The position numbers were made by a program, and so were the translations under genes. The notes beneath the pieces are model-generated. The model was not told the origin of the DNA. It did not search any database and saw nothing but the letters and a program-made list of their open reading frames with translations. This document shows, piece after piece, positions 13,238 to 31,030 of a stretch of DNA of 64,000 bases. Location: NCBI RefSeq assembly GCF_009914755.1, contig NC_060925.1. One strand, written 5' to 3'. Source of the DNA: the human T2T-CHM13v2.0 reference genome, Homo sapiens. The number at the start of each line of letters is the position of its first letter. Position 1 is the first letter of the stretch.

Positions 13238-15573
13238 AAACTATACCCTAGAGCAAATGCACTTAATAGATATTTACAGAACATTCTACCTAACAACTGC
13301 AGAATATACATTCTATTCATTAGCACATGAAACATTCTCCAAAATAGACCACATGATAGGCCACAAAACAAGTCTCAATAAATATAAGAAAATTCTACCA
13401 AGTACTCTCTCAGACCACAGTGGAATAAAAATGGAAATTATCTCTAAAAGGAACCCTAAAAACCAGCAAATATATGGAAATTAGATAACCTGCTCCTAAA
13501 TGATCATTGGATCAAAAATGAAATCAAGATGGAAATTTGAAAATTCTTTGAACTGAAAGATAATAGTGACACATCCTATCAAAACCTCTGGGAAATGGCA
13601 AAGGCAGTGCTAAGAGGAAAGTTTATATTTTTAAGTGCCTACATCAAAAAGTCTAAAAGAGCACAAATAGACAATCTAAGGTCACACCTCAAGAAACTGG
13701 AGAAACAAGAACAAACCAAACCAAAACACAGCAGAAGAAAAGAAATAACAAAGATCAGAGCAGAACTAAATGAAACTGAAATAAACAAACAAAAAATACA
13801 AAAAACGAATGAAACAAAAAGCTTGTTCTTTGGAAAGATAAATAAAATTGATAGACCATTAGTGAGATTAACCAAGAAAAGAAGAGCGAGGATCCAAATA
13901 AGCTCAATTAGAAACAAAACAGGAGATATCACAACTGATACCACAGAAATAGATCATTCAAGGCTACCATGAACACCTTTATGTGTATAAACTAGAAAAC
14001 CTAGAGGAGATACATAAATTCCTGGAAATACACAACCCTCCTAGATTAAGCCAGCAAGAAATAGAAACTCTGACCACACCAATAACAAGCAGCAAGACTG
14101 AAATGGTAATTTAAAAATTGCCGCACACACACACACACACACAAAGTCCAGGACCAGATGGATTCACAGCTGGTGCTGAATTCTGTCTGATGTTCAAAGA
14201 ATAGTTGGTACCAATCCTATTGACACTATTCCACAAGATAAAGAGGGAATACTCCCTAAATTATTCTATGAAGCCAGTATCACCCTGATACCAAAACCAG
14301 GAAAGGACATAACAGAAAAAGAAAACTACAGGCCACTATCCCTAATGAATATAGATGCAAAAATCCTTAACAAAATACTAGTGAATTGAATCCAACAGCA
14401 TATCTAAAAGATAATCCAACATGATCAAGTGGGTTTCATACCAGGGATTCAGGGATGGTTTAACATATGCAAGTCAATAAATGTGATACACCACATAAAC
14501 AGAATTAAAAACAAAAATCACATTATCATCTCAATAGATGCAAAAAAAAGCATTTGACAAAACCCAGCATCCCTTTATGATTAAAACCCTCAGCAAAATT
14601 GGCATAGAAGGGACATATCTTAATGTAATAAAAGCCATTTATGACAAACCCACAGCTGACATAACACTGAATAAAGTTGAAAGCACTCCTCCCGAGAACT
14701 GGAATAAGGACGCCCACTCTCACTACTTCTAATCAACATAGTATTAGAAGTCCTAGCGAGAGCAATCAGACAAGAGAAAAAAATAAAGGGCATCCAAATT
14801 GGTGAAGAGGAAGTCAAACTGTTGCTGTCTGTGGATGATATGCTCATATACCTAGAAAATCATAAAGACTCCTCCAAAAAGCTCTTAGAACTGATAAATG
14901 AATTTAGCAAAATTTCGGGATAAAAAATTAATGTACACAAATCAGTAGTTCTGCTATGCACCAACAGTAACCAAGCTGAGAATCAAATACAAAAGTCACC
15001 CCTTTAATAATAGCTGAAAAAAAAACCAACCTAGAAATATGCCTAACCAAGGAGGTGAAATACCTCTACAAGGAAAACTACAAAACACTGCTGAAAGAAA
15101 TCACAGATGACACAAACCAATGGAAAAACATCCCATGCTCATGGATGGATAGAATCAATATGATGAAAATGACCATACTGCCAAAAGGAATATACAAATT
15201 TAAAACAATTCCTATCAAAATACCATCATCATTCTTCACAGAATTAGAAAAACATCCTAAAATTCATATGGAACCAAAAGAGAACCTGCATAGCCAAAGG
15301 AAGATTAAGTAAAAAGAACAAATCTGGAGGCATCACATTACCTGACTTCAAACTACACTACAAGACTATAGTCACCAAAATAGTATGGTACTGGCATAAA
15401 AATAGACACACAGACCAGTGAAACAGAATAGGGAGCCCAGAAATGAAGCCAAATACTTGCGGCCAACAGATCTTTGACAAACTAAGCAAAAACATTTAAG
15501 TGGAGAAGGGACACCCTATTCAACAGATGGTGCTGGGATAACTGGCAAGCCACATGTAGAAGAATGAAACTGG

Positions 15574-17254
15574 CTCCCTCTCCCTCTTCCTCGTCTCCCA
15601 CTTTCCACGGTCTCCCTCTGATGCCGCTCCCTCGTCTCCCACTTTCCACGGTCTCCCTCTGATGCCGAGCCGAGGCTGGACTGTACTGCCGCCATCTCGG
15701 CTCACTGCAACCTCCCTGCCTGATTCTCCTGCCTCAGCCTGCCGAGTGCCTGGGATTGCAGGCACGCGCCGCCACGCCTGACTGGTTTTTGTATTTTTTG
15801 GTGGAGACGGGGTTTCACCCTGTTGGCTGGGCTGGTATCCAGCTCCTGACCCCGAGTGATCTGCCCACCTGGGCCTCCCGAGGTGCCGGGATTGCAGACG
15901 GAGTCTCGCTCACTCAGTGCTCAATGTTGCCCAGGCTGGAGTGCAGTGGCGTGATCTCGGCTCGCTACAACCTCCACCTCCCAGCCACCTGCCTTGGCCT
16001 CCCAAAGTGCCGAGATTGCAGCCTCTGCCTGGCCACCACCCCGTCTGGGAAGTGAGGAGCGTCTCTGCCTGGCTGCCCATCGTCTGGGATGTGAGGAGCC
16101 CCTCTGCCCGGCCGCCCAGTCTGGGAAGTGAGGAGCACCTCTTCCCGGCCGCCATCCCATCTAGGAAGTGAGGAGCGTCTCTGCCCGGCTGCCCATCGTC
16201 TGAGATGTGGGGAGCGCCTCTGCCCCGCTGCTCCGTCTGGGATGTGAGGAGCGCCTCTGCCTGGCCGCGACCCCATCTGGGATCTGAGGAGTGTCTCTGC
16301 CCGACCGCCACCCCGTCTGGGAGGTGAGGAGCATCTCTGCCTGGCTGCCCCGTCTGAGAAGTGAGGAGCCCCTCCAGCCCGGCAGCCGCCCCCTCTGGGA
16401 AGTGAGGAGCGTCTCTGCCCGGCAGCTGCCCCGTCCAGGAGGTGGGGGGCAGCCCCCGCCCGGCCAGCCGCCCGGTCCGGGAGGGAGGTGGGGGGCAGCC
16501 CTTGCCCGGCCAGCCGCCCCGTCCGGGAGGGAGGTGGGAGGCAGCCCCCGCCCGGCCAGCCGCCCCGTCCGGCCGCCGCCCCATCTGGGAAGTGAGGAGC
16601 CCCTCTGCCGGGCCGCCACCCCATCCGGGAGGTGTACCCAACAGCTCATTGAGAACGGGCCATGATGATGATGGCGGTTTTGTCCAATAGAAAAGGGGGA
16701 AATGTGGGGAAAAGAAAGAGAGATCAGATTGTTACTGTGTCTGTGTAGAAAGAAATAGACATAGGAGACTCCATTTTGTTCAGTACTAAGAAAAATTCTT
16801 CTGCCTTGGGATGCTGTTAATTTATAACCTTACCCTCAACCCCGTGCTCTCTGAAACATGTGCTGTGTCCACTCAGGGTTAAATGGATTAAGGGTGGTGC
16901 AAGATGTACTTTGTTAAACAGATGCTTGAAGGCAGCATGCTCGTTAAGAGTCATCACCACTCCCTAATTTCAAGTACCCAGGGACACAAACACTGCGGAA
17001 GGCCGCAGGGTCCTCTGCCTAGGAAAACCAGAGACCCTTGTTCACATGTTTATCTGCTGACCTTCCCTCCACTATTGTCCTATGACCCTGCCAAATCCCC
17101 CTCTCCGAGAAACACCCAAAAATGATCAATAAATACTAAAAAAAAAAAAAAAAAAAAAAAGAAGTGACTTGCTCTGCCAAATATTAACAAGTATCATAAA
17201 TCTCTGTTACTCTAAAAGGATGGTTCAAAATAAAAAAATAAAAAATAAAAAAAA
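15574..17254 (+). mobile_element. SVA retrotransposon (older subfamily, SVA_B/C-like) with 3' transduction
   Basis: Short CCCTCT head, antisense Alu-like region, GC-rich VNTR (about 16030-16630), SINE-R, polyA at 17138-17160; 16-bp TSD agaagaatgaaactgg (15558-15573 and 17255-17270). Confidence 0.95.
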
Positions 17255-18889
17255 AGAAGAATGAAACTGGATCCTCAGCTCTCACATTAAACAAAAATCA
17301 ACTCAACACGGACCTTAAATCTTAAGACCTGAAACCATAAAAAATCTAGAATATAACATCAGAAAAACTCTTCTAGACATTGACTTAGGCAAAGACTTCA
17401 TGACCAAGAACCCAAAAGAAAATGCAACAAAAACAAAGATAAATAGATGGGACTTAATTAAACTAAAAGGCTTCTGAAGAGCAAAAGAAATAATCAGCAG
17501 AGTAAACAGACAACTCATAGAGTGGGAGAAAATATTTGCAAACAATGCATCCGACAAAGGACTAATACCCAGAATCTACAAGGAATTCAAACAAATCAGC
17601 AAGAAAAAAAAAATCTCATCAAAAAGTGGCCTAAGAACATGACTAGACAATTCTCAAAAGAAGTTATACAAGTGGCCATATGTAAAAATGCTAAACATCT
17701 CTAATTATTAGGGAAATACAAATCAAAACCTCAATATGATACAAGCTTACTCCTAAAAGAATGGCCATAATTTTAAAAATAATAATAATAATAGATGTTG
17801 GCATGGATGTGGTGAAAAGGGAACACTTTTACACTGCTGTGGGAATGTAAATTAGTACAACCACTATGGAAAACTGTGTGGAGAGTCCTTAAAGAACTAA
17901 AAGTTGATCTACCATTTAAGCCAGCAATCCCACTACTAGATATCTACCCAGAGGAAAAGAAGTCATTATATGAAAAAGACACTTATACAAGCATGTTTAT
18001 AGCAGCACCGTTTGCAATTGCAAAAATATGGAACCAGTCCAAATGCCCATCAACCAACAAGTGAATAAATAAAATGTGATATATATATATATGTAAAAAA
18101 GCAGACCCAGAAATATGTGTACACACCATGGAATACTACTGAGCCATAAAAAGGAATGAAATAACGGCATTTGGAGCAACCTGGATGGAAGTGGAGGCCA
18201 TTATTCTAAGTGAAGTAACTCACAAACATCGTATGTTTTCACTTATAAGGGGAAGCTAAGCTATGGGGATGCAAAGACATAAGAATGACACAGTGGACTT
18301 GGGGACTCAAGGGGAAAGGTGAGAGTGGGGCGAGAGATAAAAGACTACACATTGGGTACAGTGTGCACTGCTCAGGTGATGGGTGCACAAAAATCTCAGA
18401 GATCACCACTAAAGAACTTGTCCATTTCATCAAATACCACCTGTTCCCCAAAAACCTACTGAAATAAAAAAACTGATAAAAAATAAAAAGATATACCAGG
18501 TTAATTTTTATTTCATCAAACACTAGCAAAAAGTTTTTCAAGACCTGGGCCATGGTTTACTTATTTCTAGTAAGTGCCCACATAATATTCTAGGACAAAC
18601 AAAATAAAACAAAACAAAAACCTCTGCTGAAGTCATTGAGAATCATTATAATAAGCTCCACAATTAAATACCAATCCTACTCAAGTATGTAAGGGCAAAA
18701 AAAATATGATCACTTTGAATATCTATATGTAAATAAAAAAGTAAAAGAATCAGAGCTGAAAGGAAAAAGGATATTTATTTTCCAGGTTTCTACGTGATGA
18801 GCACAGTCTTGTATCAGGACAAGGTCTAGTATCAAAGCCAAATGCTTTTGATAGAAGACACAAGGCATAAATGAGATAGATCTAGAGAG

Positions 18890-20842
<1,953 letters not shown>

Positions 20843-21122
20843 TCATATAATTGAAATGAAAAAAAAAATATGACTTAGAAAAGAAATACGACCTCAGATC
20901 TACTGTAGGGCAAGTGCTTCCCCTAGTCAATGAGATCTGCTGCCTCCTGCTGGCTCTTCTCAATGTATGGGATTTACTGTTGGTTATTTCTTGCTATCCT
21001 TAAGATAAAGCTTTGGAGGCCCAGTTTCATTCCATGTAGTATTTGTTTTCACGGGAAATTCTAATGTTTCATTTGCTACTCAATTCTTGGTTGCCTCAAC
21101 ATATGCTTTTTTTCTATACTAG

Positions 21123-21434
<312 letters not shown>

Positions 21435-23676
21435 TGGATTCCTTCATTTTTACATAAACAACCACTGTACTGTTAAGTTCAATTACAGTTTCAGACTACA
21501 GGAAATATCTGACAGTCTTTTCTTGGGTTTTTTAGATAAAGTTCAATTCTCTAAAGGGTACAAAAGGAAGGATACAGAATTTAGCATTATTTTTTAGAGC
21601 AAACATGCAGGGGCAAGCTTCTAGAACCCCCTCCCTGATTCTGTTGGAGGGGAGGGGAAGGAAGCACAGATGTTGCTAAGTCCAAGTAAGTGAGGGTCAT
21701 GTGAAGCTTGATTAATCCCCTCCAGTAGTTCTGTCTATAGACTAATCAGGATATGTCTTCATCTGAGTCAGGTGCATCTCATCAATCTCTGGCCCAGCCA
21801 ATGTACAACGTCACTTCCGAGTTCAGTGCAGTGTACAGAGGCTTAGACATAATAACCATTTTTCTCCTTCAGCCACTCCCTCTCCAAGGGTGATACAGCT
21901 TGGTCTGAAAACTTTCTTGAAATTTAAAACTGCAGAACTAAAACAAGGTCACTTACCAAAATGCTTCATGGAATTATGCCAATAGACCCTTAAAATAGCC
22001 ATAGAACCTGTTTTTTTTTTTCTATTTTATCTTCTTTAATAATAGTGTTTGAGAATTATGGATGGTGGCCCCATATGGGGGAAAAATGTACTTATGTTTT
22101 CTGAAATTATTGTGATTCACGAATTACATAATTTTAGGATGATAGACCTGAAAAGGACTCTGAAGCTCAGCTGTTTTAATGCCCAATTTTCAAATTATAG
22201 AAAAGAGACTTAGGGACATCAGTGATTTTTTCCAGGGCAAGTATCTTAGGAGCAGAATTAGGCCTAAAACTTGACTAGGAGTCCTTTCTCCAACAAGATA
22301 CTATCCAAGCCACCCAGCAGATTTCGTAACTGTAACATGCCAACCTCACTTCCCTATAAACATGCAGTTTTCCTCACTGATTAGTAGACAAATATCTAGT
22401 TTCCTTCTGTGGGAGTGGGGAGGGGAGCCCACTACAGGTTCATCTCAAACCAAACGTATCTTTCCATTTTTTTGTAAATTGACAATTTATAAATGCATAT
22501 ATTTATGGGGTACAAAGTGATATTATGATTTATGAATATAATGTGCAATAATTAAATCAAGCTAATTAACATATCTCCTCAAATTTTTTTTGTGATGAGA
22601 ACATTTGAAATTTACTCTTAGCAATTTTGAAATGTAGAATACACTATTATTAACTATATTTATCATACTGTACAATAGCTCTCAAGAAAAAATAACATTT
22701 TCTCCTGAGATTTTGTACCCTTTGACCATCATCTCCACATTCTCCTCACCCTCCAGACTCTGTAACCACCATTCTGTTCTCTGCTTCTGAGTTCAATTGT
22801 TTTGGATTCTACATGTAAGTGGGAATATGCAGTATTTATCTTTCTGTGCCTGCTTATTTCACTTAGCATAATGTTTCCCAATTCCATCTATATTGTCACA
22901 AATGACAGAATCTTTAAGGCTGAAAAATATTCCATTTTGTATATATACACCACTTTTTTGTTAATCCATTCATCTGTTGATGAACATCTAGATTAATTCT
23001 GTAACTTGGCTATTTTGAATAGTAGTGCAAGGAACATGGGAGTGCAGACATCTTTTTGACAAACTGATTTCAAATATTTTGAGTCAATACCCAGAGGTGG
23101 AACTGCTAGGTCATATGGTAATTATATTTTTAGATTTTTGAGGAAACTTCCTACAGTTTTCCATAAAGACTGTACTAATTTACATTTCTACCAACTGTAT
23201 ACAAGAGGGATACAAGAGGGACCCTTTTTTCCACAAATCTTCCTGACACTTGTTCCCTTTCAGCTTTTTGATAATAGCCATTCTGACAAGTGTGAGATGA
23301 TACAGAGATTTTAATTTGAATTTTCTGAATGATGAGCAATGTTGAGCATTTTTTCATATATCTGTTGGCCATTTATATATCTTCTTTTGAGAAATGTTTA
23401 TTCAGGTCCCTTGCCCATTTTTTAGTTGGGTTTTTTTTGTTTTCTTGCTATTGAGTTGAGTTCCTTACATATTTTGGATATTAGCCCCTTATTGGAAGTA
23501 CAGCTTGCAAATATTTTCTCCCAATCCATAGGTTGTCTCTTTACACTGCTAAATGTTTTCTTTGCAGTGAAGAACCTTTTTGGTTTGATACAGTCCCATT
23601 TGTCTATGTTTACTTTTGTTGCTTGAGCACTGGGGGTTAAAAAAAGTCCAAAAAACTATTGCCCAGATCAATGTAA

Positions 23677-24244
<568 letters not shown>

Positions 24245-25529
24245 CAGTACTTTTACAATTTCGAGTCTTACATTTAAGTCTTTAATCCATTTTGAGTTGA
24301 TTTTTGCATATGATGTAAGAGTCCAATTTAATTCTTCTGTATATGGATGCCCAGTTTTTACAAGACTCTTTTATTGAAGAGACTATCCTTTCCCCATTGT
24401 GTATTCTTGACTTTTTTTTCTGAAGATCAATTGACCTTACATACATGTACCCATTTCTTGGGTCTCTACTCTGTTCTATTGGTCAATGTGTGTATTTTTT
24501 TGGCAGTACCAAACTGTTTAAATTACCGTAGCTTTGTAGTATAGTTTAAAATCAGGTATTGTGTTGCCTCCAGCTTTGCTGTTTTTGTTAGTGATTGTCT
24601 TTACTATTCAAAATTTTTCTGGTTCCATATCAGTTTTAGACTATCTTTTCTATTCTATAAAAAAAATGACATTGTAATTCTGATAGGGATTGCTTCAAAT
24701 CTGTATATTGCTTTGGGTAGTATGGACATTTTAACAATATAATTCTTCCAATCGATGAATTGATTGGAAGGGGTATCTTTCCATTTGTGTCTTTGATTTT
24801 TTCATTAACATTTTATAGTTTTCAGTGTATAGGCCCTTCTCCTGGGTTAAATTTATTCCTAAGCTTTTTTTTTTTTTTTTTTGGTGGCTATTGTCAATGG
24901 GATTGTTCTTTTGATTTCTTTTCCAGATAGACTGTTGTTAGTGTATAGAAATGCTGATTTTTGTGTGTTGATTTTGCATCCTGCAACTTTATTTAATCTA
25001 TTTATTAGTTTCAATAGTTTTTTTGAGTCTTTAGATTTTTCTATATATAAGACCATGTCATCAACAAACAGTGACAATTTCACCTTTTCCTTTTCTCTAT
25101 GGATGTCTTGTTTCTTTTTTTGCCTAATTGCTCTCATAAAGACTTCCAGACAGGAAAAACGAGAGCTGTGAATTCCCAGGCAATTCCCTTGAACTCAAGC
25201 TGGAATCAGTGGCTCACCCTTATGAATTGGAACATGCATATTTAGGGTATGTACACAGCTGAGTTGAAGATCCAAGAAAGAGTATTCATCACTGTTTCAC
25301 TGTGCATCATTTTGATTATTAGTGAGAATGTTTTTCTATATGTTACTACATAAACATTTCCTCCATGTTTGTCATTTGTTTTCCAGTGGAGGCTCATTGG
25401 CAAAATAATTTCCAAAGGAACCCTTGAGAAATGCAGTGGTGGGCTAAAAGGGAATAAGCTGAAATGTAAGCTCAGAAAGGTTACTCCCACCTCCTCCACA
25501 CCGTCCTTCTTAAATTTCACGCTGAGATA

Positions 25530-26250
25530 GAACAGCATATTCCAGCATATTTCAAATATCATAATGTAATCAATATAAGAAATTGTTACAATATTTTCTA
25601 TTCTTTTTGTCATACTAAGTCTTTGAAATCTGGTGTATATTTCACACTTATAGCACATCTCAGTGCAGATGTTAAATTTTCATCAGAAATGCTTGTAGTA
25701 AGATTTCATAAAATTTACAGTTTAAAAAATAGATTTATATGCCCAAATTGTTTCAAACATACTTAGAAGTTTTCCAATAACTGAATCATGTACTAACACA
25801 TCAGCTCCCTTTAAAATTTGCATGTACATTTGCAAAACTAGTTTATCCTTTTAGAAAAATGGCTTTGACTTTGAAGTAAATGTATTTCATCTTCCAAGCT
25901 GTTTGTCCAAGTTAACTCACCAACTCTTATATATTAGCATCAAATTCAAAGGGATAGGATATAAATAGCATCTCTAAATTTATAAATATTAACAACCTTT
26001 TCATATTTTTCTTGTGTTTGCTAATTTATATAACATTGCTGATGACAACTAAAATCTTGTGCATTTTGATTCATATTAGAGAAAATGTAAGAATCCTTAT
26101 TTTTTATTATGAAAAGATTGAATTTCAATATACATACCTGACTAGCCGGGTCTTATGTGAGCTTTTCTTTTCCTTAGAGTTTCAAACTTAGTTGTTCATA
26201 TGAGAAGTATAATATCAATGAGAAATCAGAAATAATATACTGCCATGTTT
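25530..26250. mobile_element. hAT-Charlie (Charlie1/MER33-like) fragment
   Basis: catactaagtctttgaaatctggtgtatatttcacacttatagcacatctc motif; right boundary uncertain. Confidence 0.55.
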
Positions 26251-26648
26251 TATCTTTGATGATTGAATATTTAGCAAGCACTCCTTCTGTTTTTAAAAAA
26301 ACTGGAATAGTATAGTATATCTCTGTAAAACTCTCCTAGTACTAAACCAACATGCAACTTTTATCCCATTCTCAACTCTCCTGTTTTTCCTTCCACCAAG
26401 TTTTTGCTCTTCTCCCCTTCTCAGGGGAGAAGAATTGCTAATCCAGTTGGGTTTCAAGTTACTGATTGGACCACATTTCTTAGTGGGTGCTTCCTTCTTT
26501 TTTCAGTGCCATGTAGATACTCTCTCTTCCATTTCCTTTTTCTTTACAGCTAATGAACTGCCTCCTCACAGATGACTAGCCATCTTGTTCTCTCTCTGTT
26601 ACTCCTTTTCACTTAAGTGGGTAAGCTGATTTAGAACTTCCTGCTTCA

Positions 26649-27213
<565 letters not shown>

Positions 27214-29549
27214 TCAAAACACTCCTTGCCATCTTGTACTATCTTCCTCATTCATACACAAAGTAAAAATCCTTGGCTTGATCTCCAACATGCCACTGAC
27301 TAGAAAGTGGAAATCCCAAGATCTGCATGTTTAGGGAAAAACAGAGAGATCTGACGTGACCTTTAGGTTAGGCTACATGTCCCTACCTAGGTTTACTGGG
27401 GCACTAGACATATATTTAGCTAGGACTCTCAGATGCAAGTGAACAAATCTAATAGGAAGTACCTTAGGGGGTGGGGGAAATTTTATTGGCTCATATAATC
27501 AAATAATGCAAAGGGCGGGAATGTAGCTATTCTTGGAGACTTACTAGAACTGAATTATTTACCATTTGGACTTTATATCTTGCCTCTGCTTTCCTCAGCA
27601 AGACGGCCTCCTCTCAGACCAGCATCCTCTAGAAGATTGGAGTCATGGGCACTGGCATCTTTCCGCTTCAACTTCAGGTAAAAGAGTCTTTTTTCTTAAT
27701 TTCTATTTGGAAAATCTCAAAAGGATCCTGAATGACCACAGTTACATAATCTGCCCATCCCTGGCAGAGCTGGGTAAAGAAATAGTTCCCAAAAAGAAGT
27801 AGGGAATGCTGTCAGCAGGAGAAGGGAGGGGTTCTAGAGACACAAAACAAAAAGTACACATTACTGTAATTATCAAATACTAGCCCAACTAACAACAAAG
27901 TCCTTCTGTATTACTTTGTTCCCTCTGCTTAAAACCTTCGGTAACTTTATGAAGGCAATGTGACTGGGCTGAGTCAAGATTTCTGGAATTTCTGGAATCC
28001 TGAAGTTAAAATCAATATTTCACCTGCGCTTCTAGCGCAGGTCAAGAAATGAATATAAACTTTAGAATGTTTAGGATGGTTTGGAATGCTTTCGATGCAT
28101 ATGCTTTAAAAAAAATAACAAAAAGGTGACAAAATCTGATTATCTAATTAATTAGGACTCTTTTTGTTGTTGTTGTCTATTAAAAGAGAAAAAATACAGA
28201 CTGGCTGAAGCCAAAATAAAGCTATGGGCTCACATAACTGAAAATTCCAGGGATAATTTCACATCAGACACAGTTAGGTCCTGGGGTTCAAAGAGTGTTC
28301 TCAGAATCCAGTCTCCTTGTAGCCATCTCTTGTCTTTGTGTTCCTCTGTCTTGGCTCCTTTCACAGATAGATTGTACCCCCACTCTGACTATATGGCTGC
28401 CTACAGCTCCAAGCTTCCACTCTATCCTCTTACCAATCCGCAGTGGAAATAACTTGCATCTTTTCCTAAAGTTCCAATAAAAATCCTAGAATTGGGTCTA
28501 ATTGCTTTTGATGATCTTGGCTTGGGCTATGTCTCTGGCGGGGTGGAGTCAACCCCACTGAAACCACATGAACTCGGAGAAGGAACCTGCAATTCCCTCT
28601 GTTGAGTCAGGGTGCTTTTATTAGAGAAAGGGCAAGTGATCCCTGGGAAAATGAAAATGATCAATCTCTGATATGCAGATAATTTGGGAACAAACAAACA
28701 CACTATAATTTCCCCATCCAAATATAACTATTGTTAGTATTTTGGCAATATACTTACATTATTTTTCATATGTATTTTTTACATGGTTATAATTATAGTC
28801 TACTTAAAATTTTCTCCTGAATTGTCTAACATTCTATCATATACACTTTTCATGTCTCTCTATAATTTTCCAACCATTATTTTAATGGTTACACATAAAA
28901 TAACTATAATTTACTCCCAGGGACACCAAGGTTGCTTCCTTTCCTTTAAAAGCTATAAATAAAGCTGTGATAAACATCATCATGCATACAGCTTTTTCTA
29001 TTGCTTAGATGATTTTAGAGCAGTTGAATTTTCAAAAAGTTGAATTACTGAGTTAAAAGGTATATATATTTATGACTTCCCAAATTTTTCCCCTTTTCCA
29101 AAAAGGATAATGCTTATTCATAATGCTATCACAATATATAAGTAGTAATCATATCTAAAACGTTAAGTCCAAGAACACTGAAATGTTAAACTGAAGAAGG
29201 TAGTAAATTTCTCTGAGAGTAATAAAAATGCTTATGAAGAGGATATTTAACCCTTTGATTCTATACCAAATTTTTCAGAAATCAGTTATATCACACTGCT
29301 CAGTCATGTAGTTGCACATTTGTTCCTTTTAGAAAGTTATGTCAATCATAGAAGAACAAAAGTTGATAAGGACATTATTAAACAAAGTAATATAAATGAC
29401 ATGGCATGGGATTATAAATTTCAGCCATTCTCATTTCTCTAATATCTTCTGCACAGTGTAGATAATTAAGCATCTGGGCAAAAATTTACCCACAAGAACA
29501 TATGTGACAATGTTGTTAATAATAACAACAAAATGGAGACATGTCTGCT

Positions 29550-31030
29550 GAGCTTTAGATGCCTATCTCTACCTGTTTGCTAAACATCTCCATCTCGATG
29601 TTTGAAGGCATTCTCAAAGTTATGTCCAAATTAGAAATTATTCTGGGGCTTAGCATAGTGTCTAGCATGTAGAAAATGTTTAAATGTCTGTCTGATGAAT
29701 GAATCAATACATGAATTTTTTCCAATAAATACACTTCACTTCCTATAATCCATTGTGCTAAATTGTTTTTCATCTACCCCGTTACGCAAACCAGAAACCT
29801 CATCATCCTGGAGTCCACCTTTTTTCCTCCCTTTTATTTGATTTGTCAACAAATTCTCCTGATTCCACTTTAGAAACATCCATTGTCTCTACTCTCCAAA
29901 CCATGTCCATCGTCCTAGTTCACCTCATTACCATCTCTCACTTGGATTATTACCACAGCTTCTTCCTTGGCCTCCTGCTTCTAGTCTTAGACTTCTTTTA
30001 CTTTCCTAACAGTAAGCTTTCTAAAACTTAGAGCCAATTACACTACTCTTCTCAGAATCCCACAATGGCTCACCATACACAGGGCAAAATTTGAAACCAT
30101 CTAGTACGGCTAATAAGACCCTTCATATTACTTGACCCCTGCCTATCTGCTTAGCCTCACCTCTCATCTCTCCACACATCCTGACCACACCTATTCCACT
30201 TCACCCTGCAGCAATACTGAACTTACCACAGACCTCTCAATTTTTACTGGTCTTTCATACTTCTGTACCTCTGCACATGATGTCGAAACTGCCTGATTAG
30301 AATGCCCTCTCTCTCTGAGAGGTTCACAGCAAATTTTCACTTTTTCTTCAATATTCATCTTAAGAGAAAGTCCTTTGGAAATATTAAAGAGGAGGTCAGG
30401 TGAGGACAGAATCAGCTATACATCTCTGGTGCGTAGCTATGTATAAAGGTACTGGTTGAAGCTATCAGAGTGGAAGAATTCTCGGGATGGCATGCAATGA
30501 GAGACAGGCTGTGGGCCATATTACAATGTAGAGGAAGAAAAAACCCAAGAAAACTAAGAGGAGCACAGACAGATGCAATCTTCCAGAAGCCAAGAAAAAG
30601 AAGAGTTTTAAACAGAATGAGGTAACAAAAACTGTCTGCTACAGCAGAGAAATGGAGTAAGATGATGATTTCAAAGCATTCATTGGCTTTGGTATTTAAA
30701 AGGCTTTCGCGTAATCTTAGAGCAGTTTCAGTGGAAGGTGGGATCAAAATCTGACTACAGTAGATTAGTTGAAGAAGAAATGGAGTTGACAACTGTATAC
30801 TATACTTTTCTCTCCAGGGCTCGAAAGAAAAAGATGGAAAATAAGCCATTGGGTGATGACTCGGGGGGTGGATGCTATAAAGGGATTTTTTTAAAAATAG
30901 GGAATATTAGTAAGTGCAGAGGAAGTGGGAATGATGAAAGATACAGTTCTGAGATAAAGATCCCCAAAGAGACTAAAAGGGATGAGATTAAGAGCACAAA
31001 GGAGGGGTGAGTCTTACACAGAAGGATCTT
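29550..31030. mobile_element. L2 fragments in both orientations
   Basis: Degenerate L2 3' motifs (catctctcacttggattattaccacagc, tgaatgaat tail); boundaries approximate. Confidence 0.5.

Larger units (their letters stand above)
8705..18490 (+). mobile_element. Near full-length L1PB (L1PB1-like) LINE, ORFs disrupted, hosting L1PA, Alu and SVA insertions
   Basis: L1PBa-type 5' UTR; ORF1 start at 10330 (MRKKQINNSGNMTKQGSLTPPKDH); ORF1 and ORF2 (EN/RT) fragments in order; L1PB-type 3' UTR and A-tail at about 18463-18489. Confidence 0.9.

Noticed and set aside
15910-16690. Several 80-243 aa ORFs and a CRISPR-like repeat appearance
   Set aside because: These lie in the SVA VNTR: GC-rich tandem units without unique spacers, no cas genes, and the DNA is primate
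10330-18064. L1 ORF1/ORF2 fragments as a functional retrotransposon
   Set aside because: Many stops and frameshifts plus three nested insertions; inactive
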